A stretch of DNA of 64,000 nucleotides from the NCBI GenBank assembly GCA_034520565.1, contig JAXHNL010000002.1, forward strand, positions 1,440,001-1,504,000. Direction: 5' to 3'. Below are positions 1 to 9,799 of the stretch, one piece after another; the first letter of the stretch is position 1; each line of letters begins with the position of its first letter. The translations under genes and the position numbers were made by a program. This stretch comes from Halodesulfurarchaeum sp. Its GTDB lineage: Archaea; Halobacteriota; Halobacteria; Halobacteriales; Halobacteriaceae. The notes below the pieces were generated by a model. It was not told where the DNA came from, ran no database searches, and saw only the letters and a list, made by a program, of their open reading frames with translations.

Positions 1-2
1 TT

Positions 3-593
3 CTGGATCACGTGGACGGGCCGCGGTATCTCCCACACGGGAGCCGGGAGGGTCGGCGCCGGCTTCGGGACGGAATTCCCGACTTCGCCGTCCTCACCGA
101 GGCGGATGCGGCAGCGGTCGAGGGGGAGCAACTAGCCACGTTCGCGAGGGAGTGGGGCCTTGTCGTTCCGAAAGGAAATCCGAACTCAGTCGACGGTCTC
201 TCCGACCTCGAGACGGACGGAGCGTTCGTGAACGTCACAGAGGATATCGGCCTCCGTTCTGCTCTCGACGGTGCAGTCGCCGACGTCGCGAACTCGGCGG
301 GACGGAGTCCGGATGCGTATAAAAACGGGATCGACGGCTACCGGCGAACCGTTAACGGCATCCAAAGTCCGGCCCAGCGGGTCGCCGACGGGGTGGCGGA
401 CATCGGGGTCGGATTGCGTTTTGGAGCGGGAGTACTCGACGTGGATTTCGTCCCGATCGGCACCCAGCGGCTGGTCGTCCTCGCGGCCGAGGACCGCCTG
501 GAGAAACCGGGGACGGCGGCCCTTGTGTCCACGCTCGAAAGCGAGCTTTCATCGCTGGCTGAGGGTCTGGACGGGTACGAGGTACCGCTGTAA
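3..593 (+). CDS. C-terminal PBP-type (molybdate-binding) domain of MoeA-like molybdopterin biosynthesis protein, 5'-partial
   Basis: Frame is open from the window edge; motifs PRYLPHGSREG..LRDGIPD, REWGLVVPKGNP, GLRSALD, VADGVADIGVG match the haloarchaeal MoeA-PBP fusion C-terminus. Confidence 0.75.
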   Translation: MDHVDGPRYLPHGSREGRRRLRDGIPDFAVLTEADAAAVEGEQLATFAREWGLVVPKGNPNSVDGLSDLETDGAFVNVTEDIGLRSALDGAVADVANSAGRSPDAYKNGIDGYRRTVNGIQSPAQRVADGVADIGVGLRFGAGVLDVDFVPIGTQRLVVLAAEDRLEKPGTAALVSTLESELSSLAEGLDGYEVPL

Positions 594-686
594 AACTCCC
601 GATTAGGGCGGGCAATTCCTATAATGGCGACGATAATGCAACGGAGGGGTTAGGAGTGTCTATCGATTAGTAACGGGTGATTCGCT

Positions 687-1838
687 GTGAGTGAGGATTT
701 GGACCCGTGGCGCTCGGTATTCGATCATCTCCTGACGGATTTCGACCCCGAGGTCGTTCCGTCGATAGCCTGGGGCCTGTTCGTCACCGGGCTGGGTTTC
801 GTGTTCGCCTTCGGTCATGCCATCCATCTGCGCGAATCCCATCCCCTCGGGACAGTTCTCATCGGGGTGGTCATCCCGCTTCTCATTGCCGTGGGCATCA
901 TGATCCCCTTCGGGCTGATCCTTGCACTTCCGAATGACTCCTTTCAGAAGAACCGCGTCGCGTTCATTCGCCAGCTCGGCCCCTGGATGGCCGGATGGAT
1001 GGCCGTCGGGATGGGGTGGATGGGAATCGCCGGCGTCGGATCGGTCCTCTATCAGGCGGGTGTGGGACTCTATACGGTTGATTCGGCCTATCTCGTCGCG
1101 ATCTTCGCGTCCTACGGGGTCATTCCGGGAACCATCACGGGCTATTACTACGGCCGGACCGTGCAATCGGCGACTGAAGTCGCCGAGCGGGAACGCCACC
1201 TGACGGTTTTCATGCGGGTGCTTCGCCACAACTTTCGCAACGAGATGAACGTGATCCTCGGCGAACTCGGCCTTGCCGAAGAGCTGTCGCCACAGGAGGC
1301 GGCCAAACACGTTCGAAAGGCCTCGAGACACGGGCAAAGTCTCATGGAAACCGTCGAAAAACAGCGCTACCTCGTTGGGATCGTGACCGATCCCGAACCG
1401 CCCCAGGTCCAACTGCTTTCGGGGATCGTGGAGACGGCCGTCGAGGAGATCAGGGAGCGCTATCCCGGCGCGGTCGTTTCGGCACCCGATCCGCCCCAGA
1501 TCTCAGTCAGCGCCCATCCACAGATCGATCGGGCTCTCGTCGAACTCCTCGAAAACGCGATCGTGCACAGTACGGCCGAGACCCCCCGGGCGGTCATCGA
1601 AATCGGCCGGGAAGCCGACCAGGTCGCCCTCTCGATCCACGATTCCGGGACTCGAATTCCAACCGAGGAGATCTCGATTCTCGCCGGCGACACCGATCCC
1701 GACCAACTCGAGCACGGGAGCGGACTCGGGCTCTGGATCGTCGATCGGCTGATCGACCAGTCCGGCGGGAGCTTCGAGGCCGGGACCGGCCCGGATGGCG
1801 GAAACGAGGTCGTCCTGTGGCTCCCGCTGGCTGACTAA
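687..1838 (+). CDS. Membrane sensor histidine kinase
   Basis: About 4 N-terminal TM segments; H-box RVLRHNFRN, N-box ELLENAIVH, HDSG, G2 HGSGLGLW. Confidence 0.9.
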   Translation: MSEDLDPWRSVFDHLLTDFDPEVVPSIAWGLFVTGLGFVFAFGHAIHLRESHPLGTVLIGVVIPLLIAVGIMIPFGLILALPNDSFQKNRVAFIRQLGPWMAGWMAVGMGWMGIAGVGSVLYQAGVGLYTVDSAYLVAIFASYGVIPGTITGYYYGRTVQSATEVAERERHLTVFMRVLRHNFRNEMNVILGELGLAEELSPQEAAKHVRKASRHGQSLMETVEKQRYLVGIVTDPEPPQVQLLSGIVETAVEEIRERYPGAVVSAPDPPQISVSAHPQIDRALVELLENAIVHSTAETPRAVIEIGREADQVALSIHDSGTRIPTEEISILAGDTDPDQLEHGSGLGLWIVDRLIDQSGGSFEAGTGPDGGNEVVLWLPLAD

Positions 1839-1867
1839 ACCGGTTCTCCGAACGGACCGATCGGGTT

Positions 1868-2521
1868 TTACTCCTCGCCGCGGAACAGGTCGATGACCTC
1901 GTTGACCAGGTGACTGTCAACCGCGACCAGGTACCGCCGGCCACCGACGAGTTTCTCGTCGGCCTGGGCCGCCACGTGGCCGTTCGTTCGGGAGATCACC
2001 TGCACGCCGGCCGGGAAGTCAACGTCAGTGATTCGTTCTCCCTTGATCGGGGCGTCGTATCCGACCTGGATGTCGAGAATCTCGAGATCGCCAGTGACGT
2101 CCTCGAGCGTTCGGATATTGCTCCCGCTGAGGGCGTTCACCGCCGCTTTGATGCTCGCCCGTTCGGGGAAGTACACCTGGTCGACGTACTCCGCAAACTC
2201 GTCACCGTATTCGTCTTCGATTCGGGCGACCGTCCGGATGTCCTCGTTTATCTGTCTGGCGATCAGACAGACGGCCAGGTTGGTGTCCTCCCGATTCGTG
2301 AGTGCGCCAAGCGTGGTCGTCTCGGGGGTCATTCCCGATTCGAGGACGGTCGGGCGAGTTGCGTCACCGGTGATCACTTCGAAGTCCTCGTCGGATTCGA
2401 CGATTCCATCGGGGTCTTTTTCGATGACGGTGACGGATTGTCCGCGATCCGCGAACCGTTTTGCGACACGACGACCGACTCGTCCGCCACCGGCGATAAG
2501 GATATGGTCCGATTCGTCCAT
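1868..2521 (-). CDS. TrkA-family (RCK N+C) NAD-binding potassium transport regulator
   Basis: Rossmann motif ILIAGGGRVG, GDAT, TNLAVCL, C-terminal TrkA-C domain; start chosen at MDESDH. Confidence 0.85.
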   Translation of the reverse strand: MDESDHILIAGGGRVGRRVAKRFADRGQSVTVIEKDPDGIVESDEDFEVITGDATRPTVLESGMTPETTTLGALTNREDTNLAVCLIARQINEDIRTVARIEDEYGDEFAEYVDQVYFPERASIKAAVNALSGSNIRTLEDVTGDLEILDIQVGYDAPIKGERITDVDFPAGVQVISRTNGHVAAQADEKLVGGRRYLVAVDSHLVNEVIDLFRGEE

Positions 2522-2641
2522 GTATGACGGTAGTTCGTGAACCCCCATAAACGTTCATCGAATACGATGGCCTGGTCCCCGAACCTGCCGACGGTCGAAA
2601 TCGGCGGACCGTTTATCGTCACGCGGGCCGAAAAATCAGGC

Positions 2642-2929
2642 ATGCCGGAAACAGTCCTTTTCGAGTCCGAGAACCGCCAGACACGTGCCGAGATCGCGAC
2701 GTACCTTCGCCAGGTGGCCGAGAAACTCGACGCCGGCGAGTCGATTACCCTCCAGGCTGGATCCCAGTCCCGGACCCTCGAGCCCCCTGCCAGGCTCACT
2801 TTCGAGGTCAAGGCCGAGCGTGAAGGACCGGAGACGGGGCCTGGCGAATTGAGCGTCGAATTCGAACTCGAATGGGACGAGGCCGGCGAGGACGCGAGCG
2901 AGGGACAGTCGGGGCTCGAAATTCGATAA
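2642..2929 (+). CDS. Amphi-Trp domain protein
   Basis: MPETVLFESE..RAEIATYLRQVAEKL...FEVKAERE...ELSVEFELEW signature. Confidence 0.85.
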   Translation: MPETVLFESENRQTRAEIATYLRQVAEKLDAGESITLQAGSQSRTLEPPARLTFEVKAEREGPETGPGELSVEFELEWDEAGEDASEGQSGLEIR

Positions 2930-3157
2930 CCGGCGCCTTCGATCCCGTTTGTTGCAAAATCCCCGAATCCGTCCCGCCACGTTTCGTTCGGTCGTCGCCT
3001 GACCGTCGGGGGCATCGCCCTCTCGCTCGGTCAGGGGTTCCCGAGGCATGGAAGAGTTAAGACGAGGGGGCCGCAAACCGTCTGACAGCGAGAACCGTGA
3101 GTCGTCTACCCTCGAACGGAGAACCGACACGACAGCACGTCGCTACACGGAGGTTCC

Positions 3158-4570
3158 ATGTCCAAGCGTAACTGGGGTTCCGGGGAGGTGTTGAGCCGAA
3201 AGGTCGGCGCGAACATCGAGGAGTTGTTGCCACCGAACCTCGCGACGGCGGATAACGTTCACTTCACCGCTCACGGCCCGCTCCGCCGGGAGGTTCGTCC
3301 CGAACGGGCTGTCGGGGGAACGATAGACGTCATTGGTGTCGTCGGCGAGGACTCCCAGTTCAAAGTTGTCCTCGAACTGTCGATGCAGAAGCGGGCGGGG
3401 AGCGGTGCCGATCCCGAGGACCTCGAGGACTGGACGGTATGGACCACGTTTTTCCGTTCGAAAGGGACGGGGCCGGGGGATCTCGACCCGTTTCAGTACT
3501 ACGTCGAGTGGCACGAGACGATCGGTGAGTGGGCGGCCTCGGATTCTGTCGTCGTCGACCTGCACACGATCGGGGAGCAGTATCGATACGGGTGCTCGGA
3601 TGGGTTGGCGACGTTGCTCTTGACCGAGATCATGGCCAATCGGCGTGCCAGTGCCCAGACGTCCCGCGCGGACCGCATTTCCCATTCCGGCTCGCTGGCG
3701 ATGATGGGATCATTTAACACGGCCCTCGATAACGGGCGGATCTCCGGCCAGGGGTGGAAACTCGACTGGTCACAGGTCGCCGAACTGCTGGGCCCCGATA
3801 CCGAATCCGTCGCCGCCCGGATGGCCGTGGAAACCGCCGTCCCGGAACGACAGCGCCGGGCCGCGATGAAGGGTGTCGATTTCCTCGCCGACGAGACGAC
3901 GGATTCGGGCAGGAGTGGACTGGACCGGACGGTCGGTCAGCGATTGTCCTCCTTGCTCGAGGAAATCGCGGCGATGAACCTGCGCGAAGCACGTCCGGCG
4001 AGCGACCTCGCCACGGGCGACGTGAGCGTCACACAGCAGCGATTGGCCGGGATCGTCCGCGGCTATCCCGACGGGTTCCCCTCGGCCCTCGAAGACGGAA
4101 ACTTTGGGGTCGCCAGGAACATCGGAAAGTCGAGCGACGAGCCCTACGAGAAGATGGTCCTCATCTATGCCTTCCACGAGTTGTACGCGGCGATCGGTCA
4201 GCTTCAGGAGTCGGATCGGGCGGTCCGGGACATCGCGTCGGCGATCACCGCCTTCGGGACGGCGATCGACCGTGGAAACACGGACATGGCCCAGCTCTCG
4301 CTCAAAAGAGCCTCGGATGCCTTCATGACTGTCACCCGGGAGCTGGTCGATGGCGCCCAGTCGCGTCTCGAATCGCTCAAGGGTCTCCTGGCCTATCACG
4401 ATCTGGCCGAAGCCTTCGATTCGCAGGTCGCAAAGCGGGAGGACCTCACCGGCGCCGAACTCGAGTACTACCTCGAGGCAACCGAGTCGCTCGTGGAAAC
4501 TGCACGGCGGCAGCACGAGCGCACGGAGAAAGCACGGGAGGCGTACCACTTCTACACGAAGCAAGAATGA
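3158..4570 (+). CDS. Hypothetical protein (470 aa, helical C-terminal half)
   Basis: Long acidic ORF with GGAGG RBS before ATG; no recognised family. Confidence 0.75.
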   Translation: MSKRNWGSGEVLSRKVGANIEELLPPNLATADNVHFTAHGPLRREVRPERAVGGTIDVIGVVGEDSQFKVVLELSMQKRAGSGADPEDLEDWTVWTTFFRSKGTGPGDLDPFQYYVEWHETIGEWAASDSVVVDLHTIGEQYRYGCSDGLATLLLTEIMANRRASAQTSRADRISHSGSLAMMGSFNTALDNGRISGQGWKLDWSQVAELLGPDTESVAARMAVETAVPERQRRAAMKGVDFLADETTDSGRSGLDRTVGQRLSSLLEEIAAMNLREARPASDLATGDVSVTQQRLAGIVRGYPDGFPSALEDGNFGVARNIGKSSDEPYEKMVLIYAFHELYAAIGQLQESDRAVRDIASAITAFGTAIDRGNTDMAQLSLKRASDAFMTVTRELVDGAQSRLESLKGLLAYHDLAEAFDSQVAKREDLTGAELEYYLEATESLVETARRQHERTEKAREAYHFYTKQE

Positions 4571-4672
4571 TGGGCGGGCTGGACGTCGGCGAAATCGCGG
4601 TACAGCTCTCTCCGTGTGCAGATTGGGAGTACACGGAGTACACGCCACTCACTACTGTGTAATATTGGCGAG

Positions 4673-4801
4673 GTGGGGCCGGAGGGATGTTGAACTACCT
4701 GAAGACGCTCGTTTCACTCGCGTCTTCCGTCGTTGGATCCGCAAATCCACCACAAAATGGCCTCTCGCTCGGCGCCGTACGCGCCTCGCGAGAGAAGGGA
4801 G
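4673..4801 (-). repeat. tRNA-Trp 3'-end duplication module with hairpins
   Basis: gtggggccggagggat at 4673-4688 repeats 4801-4816 exactly; hairpins at 4701-4727 and 4762-4794. Confidence 0.85.
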
Positions 4802-4974
4802 TGGGGCCGGAGGGATTTGAACCCCCGATCGACTGATATCCCCGGTGCGCCTCGGCACTCCAGAGGGTCGTCATCGCGCCCGAGAGCCAGTCGAACGCTC
4901 GGTATACCAGTCTGGAGTGTCGTCGTCGGCAAACCTCTGGAGTCAGTCGCCATTCCTGGCTTGGCCACAGCCCC
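4802..4974 (-). tRNA. trnW: tRNA-Trp(CCA) with 99-nt intron (4838-4936)
   Basis: Reverse complement: GGGGCTGTGGCCAAGCCAGGAATGGCGACTGACTCCAG / intron / ATCAGTCGATCGGGGGTTCAAATCCCTCCGGCCCCA; intron at canonical position 37/38. Confidence 0.97.
4838..4936 (-). ncRNA. tRNA-Trp intron-encoded box C/D guide RNA
   Basis: C-like GACGACGA, D' CCGA, C' ATGACGA, D CCGA; guides CTCTGGAGT and GACTGGTATA are complementary to the exon junction regions (Cm34/Um39 guidance is established for the Haloferax tRNA-Trp intron). Confidence 0.85.
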
Positions 4975-5071
4975 GTACACCCGGATTGTCGGGTACGGCT
5001 AAAGGGCGTTACGGTTCACTACCCCGTGGCGACCTCGCGGGCTGCTGCTCACCCGTGGAGAAAAATTCCCC

Positions 5072-5935
5072 TCAGACCCAGGGCGCCCGGTCGTCCTCAC
5101 TCTCGCCCGGGTACCCGTACTGGTCCTTGCTCGGCTCGTCCCCGGTCGAGACGTCGCCATTTCCACCGTTGGCGACCGCGGCCTCCCCCGTCCTCGGCGT
5201 TCTCTCTGGCTCTGGAGTGGGGTCGATTGCGAGCAACGCGGCCATGGCGAAGACCGGGAGCGGCGCCGATTCGGGAACGATATCGATGAGCGAAAGCGCC
5301 AGCGTTCCCAGAGCGACCGCGCTGCCGAAACGGAACCGGTCGATGTCGACCATGTCCTCGATTCGGGGGCGGAGGAGGACCAGCAGCAACGCGAAACCAA
5401 CCCCGACGCCGCCGGCGGCCATGCCCCGGGCCACGAGTTCGAGGTCCGTCGTGAGCACGAAGGCGAAGGTGCTGGGATTCAAGCTGGCGATGGCACCGAG
5501 GCCGATGATGACGCTCGCGTTGGGGAGATACTCGCCGATAGTCGAACTCGCGGTCTTTGCGGCGATGGCCACGATCACGAGGGCGGCAAAGCGCTCGAAG
5601 ATGATGATGTCGATGAAGCTGGCGATCGTCGGCGCCAGTGCGGACTCGATCCCGGCGATGATGATCAGCGGGATTCCGATCATGAGCACCTCCTTCGTCT
5701 GCTGGATCGGGTCCCTGTCCATCTCGACGAGCACCACGGCGACCGTGGCGCTGCCGCCGAAGACCAGGAGGCCGACCTGGAGGATGCCTACCGTACTCGA
5801 GAGGGCGTCTGCGAGGACGAGTGCCGGGAAGATTCCGTCGATGAGGGGCAGGAGCATGACCGTCGCCAAGAGCTTCGTGGCGCCGCCGACCTGCTGCTCC
5901 AGGCGAAGTGCAATCGGATGTCGGGAGCTACTCAT
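5072..5935 (-). CDS. DUF5794-type haloarchaeal membrane protein
   Basis: MSSSRHPIALRLEQQVGGATKLLATVM..PLIDGIFPALV; multi-TM; ends DDRAPWV; usual neighbour of guaB. Confidence 0.8.
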   Translation of the reverse strand: MSSSRHPIALRLEQQVGGATKLLATVMLLPLIDGIFPALVLADALSSTVGILQVGLLVFGGSATVAVVLVEMDRDPIQQTKEVLMIGIPLIIIAGIESALAPTIASFIDIIIFERFAALVIVAIAAKTASSTIGEYLPNASVIIGLGAIASLNPSTFAFVLTTDLELVARGMAAGGVGVGFALLLVLLRPRIEDMVDIDRFRFGSAVALGTLALSLIDIVPESAPLPVFAMAALLAIDPTPEPERTPRTGEAAVANGGNGDVSTGDEPSKDQYGYPGESEDDRAPWV

Positions 5936-6230
5936 CGACTATGCGGGATGCCCGTAACCATGTAGGGCCTGGCGGTATCCGCGTTGGAGCCTCCGCTTTC
6001 GCTGGGGCCAGACCGATTTCCCCGCGTTCCCTGTTTTATTGCCGAAAAATGTGACCTCGCCGGTGGCGATGGGCTGGTCGCCGGCGATGCACTCGGCAGT
6101 GGGACTTGCGGGGTCCATACGCAATATTCGGTGACAGGGGAACATAAATATAGTGTGAGGGAAGGTTACAAGCCACGAGGGACGTACCCGGTCTCGGAAC
6201 CCTTTTGTCGCCCCGGTCGCTGCGTACTAC

Positions 6231-7730
6231 ATGGCGAAGGATTCTCCCCCGAGTGGGACGTTCACCGAGAAATTACAGGTTCCAGAGGCCTTGACGTTTG
6301 ACGACGTGTTGCTTCGACCGGCAGAGAGCCGGGTCGAGCCCGACGAGGCCGACGTGAGTACCCGTCTCTCGACGAACATCGAACTCCAGATTCCGATTCT
6401 CTCCGCTGCGATGGATACTGTCACGGAGGCCGAGACGGCTATCGGTATGGCTCGGGAAGGTGGTCTGGGCGTCCTCCATCGCAACATGGACGTCGAGCGG
6501 GCCGTCGAGGAGGTCGAACGGGTCAAGCGTGCAGACGAGACGATCATCCGGCGCGAGAACGTCGTCACGGCCGACCCCGACCAGACAGTGAGCGAGGTCG
6601 ACGAGATGATGAGTAAAAACGGCGTGAGCGGCGCGCCTGTCGTTGACGACGACGACACGGTTCTCGGCATCATTTCCGGCACCGACATCCGCCCGTATCT
6701 CGAAGTCGGCGATTACGACGCGGTCCGGGAGGCGATGACCGACGAAGTCATCACCGCCCACGAGGACGTGAGCCCGCGTGAGGCGCTCGAGTTGATGTAC
6801 GAGCACAAGATCGAACGGGTCCCCATCGTCGACGACGAGAACCACCTCGTCGGACTCGTGACGATGCAGGGGATTCTCGCTCGCCGCGAGCACCAGAACG
6901 CCGCCAGAGACAGTAAGGGGAGGCTCCTCGTTGGCGTCGCGGTCGGACCCTTCGAGGCGGACCGGGCAACGGCCGTCGACGAGGCCGGAGCGGATGCCAT
7001 TTTCATCGACACCGCCCACGCGCACAACCTGAACGTCGTGGACAGCGCACGCGAGATCAAAGAGACGGTCGAAGCCGACGTCATCGTCGGGAACATCGGA
7101 ACTTCCGAGGCCGCGAGGGACATCGTCGACTTCGCCGACGGTCTCAAGGTCGGGATCGGGCCAGGCAGTATCTGCACCACCCGCGTCGTCAGCGGAGCAG
7201 GGATGCCACAGGTGACGGCCGTCGCCGAAGTTGCGGACGTTGCAGCCGATCACGACGTGCCGGTGATCGCCGACGGCGGGATTCGGTACTCGGGCGACGC
7301 CGCGAAGGCCCTCGCAGCCGGAGCCGACGCCGTCATGCTGGGCTCGTACTTCGCCGGGACCGAGGAAGCTCCCGGTCGGGTCATCACGATCAAGGGCAAG
7401 AAGTACAAGCAGTACCGGGGATGGGTAGCGTCGGGGCGATGCAGTCCGGCGGCGGCGACCGACTACCTGAAGGAGGAACCGGAAGACGAGGAGTTCGTTC
7501 CGGAGGGCGTGGAGGCCGCGACGCCCTACAAGGGAACGCTGTCGAGTGAACTCCACCAGTTGGTGGGTGGCATTCAGTCGGGGATGGGCTATGCCGGTGC
7601 ACACAGCGTTGCGGAACTCAAATCGAAGGCCCGATTCGTCCGGGTTTCACAGGCGGGCCAGCAGGAGAGTCACCCACACGACGTGATGATTACCGACGAG
7701 GCCCCGAATTACAAACCCCAGCGGGACTGA
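6231..7730 (+). CDS. guaB: IMP dehydrogenase (with CBS pair); compensating indels at ~7420-7455
   Basis: [17 protein letters not shown], catalytic [22 protein letters not shown]; the [10 protein letters not shown] motif is present in the alternative frame. Confidence 0.97.
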   Translation: MAKDSPPSGTFTEKLQVPEALTFDDVLLRPAESRVEPDEADVSTRLSTNIELQIPILSAAMDTVTEAETAIGMAREGGLGVLHRNMDVERAVEEVERVKRADETIIRRENVVTADPDQTVSEVDEMMSKNGVSGAPVVDDDDTVLGIISGTDIRPYLEVGDYDAVREAMTDEVITAHEDVSPREALELMYEHKIERVPIVDDENHLVGLVTMQGILARREHQNAARDSKGRLLVGVAVGPFEADRATAVDEAGADAIFIDTAHAHNLNVVDSAREIKETVEADVIVGNIGTSEAARDIVDFADGLKVGIGPGSICTTRVVSGAGMPQVTAVAEVADVAADHDVPVIADGGIRYSGDAAKALAAGADAVMLGSYFAGTEEAPGRVITIKGKKYKQYRGWVASGRCSPAAATDYLKEEPEDEEFVPEGVEAATPYKGTLSSELHQLVGGIQSGMGYAGAHSVAELKSKARFVRVSQAGQQESHPHDVMITDEAPNYKPQRD

Positions 7731-7787
7731 GCCGTTTCGGTGATGGCCATTCGCGGTATTGGGGGGTAGCGAACGATTGGTCCGATT

Positions 7788-9569
7788 TCAGGGCCCCCGT
7801 TCTTGCTTCGAATTCGTCTCGACACCACGAAACTCGAATTTCGCTCCACCGGCTTCCGATTCTCCGAGGCGCAGTTTCCACCCGTGTGCGTCCGCGATTC
7901 GCCTGACAGCCATCAGATCGAAGTCTTCCGCTTCCGACCGTCCGAGGTGGGAACTTGTGACTCCCAATCCCCGGTCGTCCAGTTGCAGTTCCGGTCCGTC
8001 GAAAGCGACGAAGAACCCGGAACCGACCGGCAATGCATCCACTGTGACCGTGAGTTCCGGCTCGCCGAGGTCGGCGCTGCGCTGAAAGAGCGTCCTGAAG
8101 AGGTAGCTCAATCGTCCGTAATCTCCCCGGACCGTGAGGTCGATATTGGATTCCAGTGTCGCTAACTGCGGGTCGACGGCGAGCCAGCTTTCCCGAATCA
8201 CGTCGTTCAAATCGACACTCGACAGGTGGCCGATTCCATCTCCCTCGTGGGCGAGGGTGAGGGTATACTCGATTATCTCGTCCATTCTATCGAGTGACGT
8301 CTCGATCTTTTCGAGATTTTCGAAGGAGTGAGTTTCCCGGACCATCCGTGTCCATCCCTTGGCGACCGTCAACGGATTTCGCAGATCCTGGGTGACTATC
8401 GTGGCGAACTCCTCGAGTCTCGCATTGGCCGTTTCGAGGTGTCGCTGGTACTGTTTGTGCTCGGAGCGGTCACGCGCGATCACCAGCGTCGCTTCGGTGG
8501 TAAAATAATCGATCCGTGTCACTGCAACCTCGATGGGAACGGTCGTGCCATCTCTGGTCACGAATTGGGTCTCGAAGACGACTGATTCCGGGTCGCCGTC
8601 TCGAAGTCGCGACTCGATCCATTCCGTTCTCCCCTCGAGCAACAGATCGTCGAACGACGAATCGAGCAATTCACTCGTCGAATATCCGAGCAAGTGTTTC
8701 GTGGCCTGATTGACCTCGATAATTCCACCATCCGGTTCATACAGGACGATCGGGTCCGGAATGGCCGCCACTAACTCTCTGTACGTTTCCCAGGCTTCCC
8801 GAAGGGCGTGGGTTTGTTGTTTGAGTTCGGTGACGTCGCGGATGGTCGCGACACCGCCCACGACCTCGCCGTCCCGGGTATCGATGGGGTAATATTCGAC
8901 GTAAAACTCGTGGAGCGATCCGTCTGGGCCCTGCCGTTCCATTTCGAAATCGAGGGGTTCGCCTGTCGAAAAGACCCGTTCGATCCGGGAGTCGATGGTG
9001 GCGTAGGTTTCGGCCGGAAGGAGGTCCGAGAGATGTGCTCCTTCGACTGGGGAATCGATCCCGTGAAACTCTCGGTACCGGCGATTTGCAAAGATGACGC
9101 GTTTCTGCCGGTCCAGCGCGGCGATCATGTCCGTCGACTCTTCGACCGCTTTTCGAAATACGGACAGTTCATCCGTTCCCACCTCCACTCGGGAGCGACC
9201 TATTCGTGAAACTGTCTCGAGCAGGCAGTAAATCCTTTCACCGTCACTGGCTACAGGAATCAGTTCGAGCTCGATCCGGGCCCCGGATGCCTTCGTCGCG
9301 GTGATTCTCGCTGTCTGTTCGGTCTTTTCCGCCCGCCCGGCCCGGCTAATAGTTTCGATCAGCGACTCGAGTCGGTCCGCTTCGGTCGCCGTGAGTGAAA
9401 AGAGGTCAGCAATCGATTCACCGGTGGCCTCACAGGACGGATAGTTGAAGCGGTCAACGGCTGCCTCGTTCCATCGCGTAACCCGAAGATTCGAATCGAG
9501 TGCACAGACTGGATCCGAAATAGTTTCCAATATGTTATGAAGGGGGTCAGCGTCTTGCCGATCACCCAT
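7788..9569 (-). CDS. Multi-PAS histidine-kinase-like protein with degenerate catalytic motifs
   Basis: Three PAS domains (RDVTE, RDRSE); TQDLRNPL instead of SHDLRNPL; ends IADAHGW..GGAKFEF. Confidence 0.85.
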   Translation of the reverse strand: MGDRQDADPLHNILETISDPVCALDSNLRVTRWNEAAVDRFNYPSCEATGESIADLFSLTATEADRLESLIETISRAGRAEKTEQTARITATKASGARIELELIPVASDGERIYCLLETVSRIGRSRVEVGTDELSVFRKAVEESTDMIAALDRQKRVIFANRRYREFHGIDSPVEGAHLSDLLPAETYATIDSRIERVFSTGEPLDFEMERQGPDGSLHEFYVEYYPIDTRDGEVVGGVATIRDVTELKQQTHALREAWETYRELVAAIPDPIVLYEPDGGIIEVNQATKHLLGYSTSELLDSSFDDLLLEGRTEWIESRLRDGDPESVVFETQFVTRDGTTVPIEVAVTRIDYFTTEATLVIARDRSEHKQYQRHLETANARLEEFATIVTQDLRNPLTVAKGWTRMVRETHSFENLEKIETSLDRMDEIIEYTLTLAHEGDGIGHLSSVDLNDVIRESWLAVDPQLATLESNIDLTVRGDYGRLSYLFRTLFQRSADLGEPELTVTVDALPVGSGFFVAFDGPELQLDDRGLGVTSSHLGRSEAEDFDLMAVRRIADAHGWKLRLGESEAGGAKFEFRGVETNSKQERGP

Positions 9570-9799
9570 CAGTTACACCTTTGGTATGCTCGATAAATAA
9601 GTATGCGGGTGAATGTTACCCACACGTACCGGTGACTTGCGTTCCGGGAGGAAATACGAATCTGATGACCGATACTGACGCACCTGTTGTGTCCCAATCG
9701 TTTCATTCGGTTTATATTATTTACCAAACAGTCGGACTGCGAGTACCGTTGACGGAAAAATGGGGGTCACATTTTTCGTCGTGCTACCTGGATGCCATC

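Noticed and set aside
4838-4936. Long tRNA-Trp intron as a novel RNA
   Set aside because: This is the well-known box C/D-containing intron of euryarchaeal tRNA-Trp.
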